From the NCBI RefSeq assembly GCF_036971445.1, contig NC_091469.1:9362001-9426000 (forward strand): DNA of 64,000 bases. The letters are read 5' to 3'. The notes under the pieces are model-generated. The model had not been told where the DNA came from. It searched no databases and saw only the letters and a list, made by a program, of their open reading frames with translations. Below are positions 63,356 to 64,000 of this stretch, piece by piece; position 1 is the stretch's first letter, and every line of letters starts with the position of its first letter. This stretch comes from Narcine bancroftii (lineage: Eukaryota). The position numbers were made by a program, and so were the translations under genes.

Positions 63356-63872
63356 CGTTCACAGATATCATCATGTAAAAATAAGATGGTGGCATTGTTA
63401 GTGCTGTGCACATTCTATAAGTGTAAAAACATTAGATTGATTCCTGGTCAAGGGATTGTTATCTTGGCAGAGCTTGTGATGAATAAACTAATTGGAGTTT
63501 ATGATAATGGGAAGGATCTGAAGGAAATGAGCAGGATTCTGAGAGGGATTAACAAGCTAAATACTCAAAGAATGCTTTCTCTGCTTGAAGATTCCATGAA
63601 CTTTCAAAATAATAAATTACAGGTACTCCCCGACTTTGACCGTGACTGGGACCAAAGGATCGGTCATATCTCAAAATGCACGCAAGTTGGAATTTTGCCT
63701 ATGCACATGGAGTACTGAAATCTTAAAGCAAACATTTCAATCAAATTTTTTTTATTGTAGATTTTACAATAATAACTTAAAGCTTCCTGAATTTGTCCAT
63801 CAACCTTGGGTGAATCTTTTCCTATTCTGGTCCATGCTTACCTTGTTGGTTCTTGATTCTGCATGTGCACAG

Positions 63873-63924
63873 GAACGGAGATGGCTACGTCCAATTTATG
63901 GATTCCGGGATGCCGACTAACAAG
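63873..63924 (+). CDS. Probable 52-nt exon of an unidentified host gene
   Basis: Pyrimidine-rich ...gcacAG acceptor, consensus AAG|GTAAGT donor, CpG-retaining non-repeat sequence; two open frames (NGDGYVQFMDSGMPTNK, or MATSNLWIPGCRLT). Confidence 0.65.
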
Positions 63925-64000
63925 GTAAGTATGTGCATTTTGGCTCTTACCTGCCCTGTATCCATGTTATCATTTATCAAATGCAACATAATCAGTGTAA

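Noticed and set aside
1-64000. Prokaryotic features (operons, CRISPR arrays, rRNA/tRNA genes) and most ORFs in the track as genes
   Set aside because: Low coding density and vertebrate retroelements throughout; no regularly spaced repeat-spacer array; the short ORFs are TE fragments, antisense shadows or low-complexity noise.

Overview
Eukaryotic, repeat-saturated vertebrate DNA. The repeat mix (CR1, Rex1/Babar, RTE, L1/Tx1, Penelope, V-SINE-like SINEs, Gypsy, hAT MITEs) suggests a cartilaginous fish, probably a ray; this is inference. About 59 kb is intergenic or intronic and made of nested, mostly decayed transposable elements, and nearly all ORFs in the track are TE fragments or noise. Highlights: (1) at the left edge, the 5' end of a well-preserved endogenous retrovirus (775-bp LTR, tRNA-Ser primer-binding site, ERV-L/class III-like Gag with a WDGNIW motif); (2) many Penelope pseudo-LTRs carrying degenerate minimal hammerhead-ribozyme motifs, some as foldback mini-elements; (3) a young AviRTE-like RTE family, two copies of which are truncated at almost the same hairpin; (4) at the right edge, a probable host-gene start (CLEAR/AP-1/CCAAT promoter at about 59.1 kb, exon 1 ending at 59290, a 52-nt exon at 63873-63924). 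All calls were made by eye; boundaries of old repeats are approximate (tens of bp) and family names come from motif recognition, not database searches.
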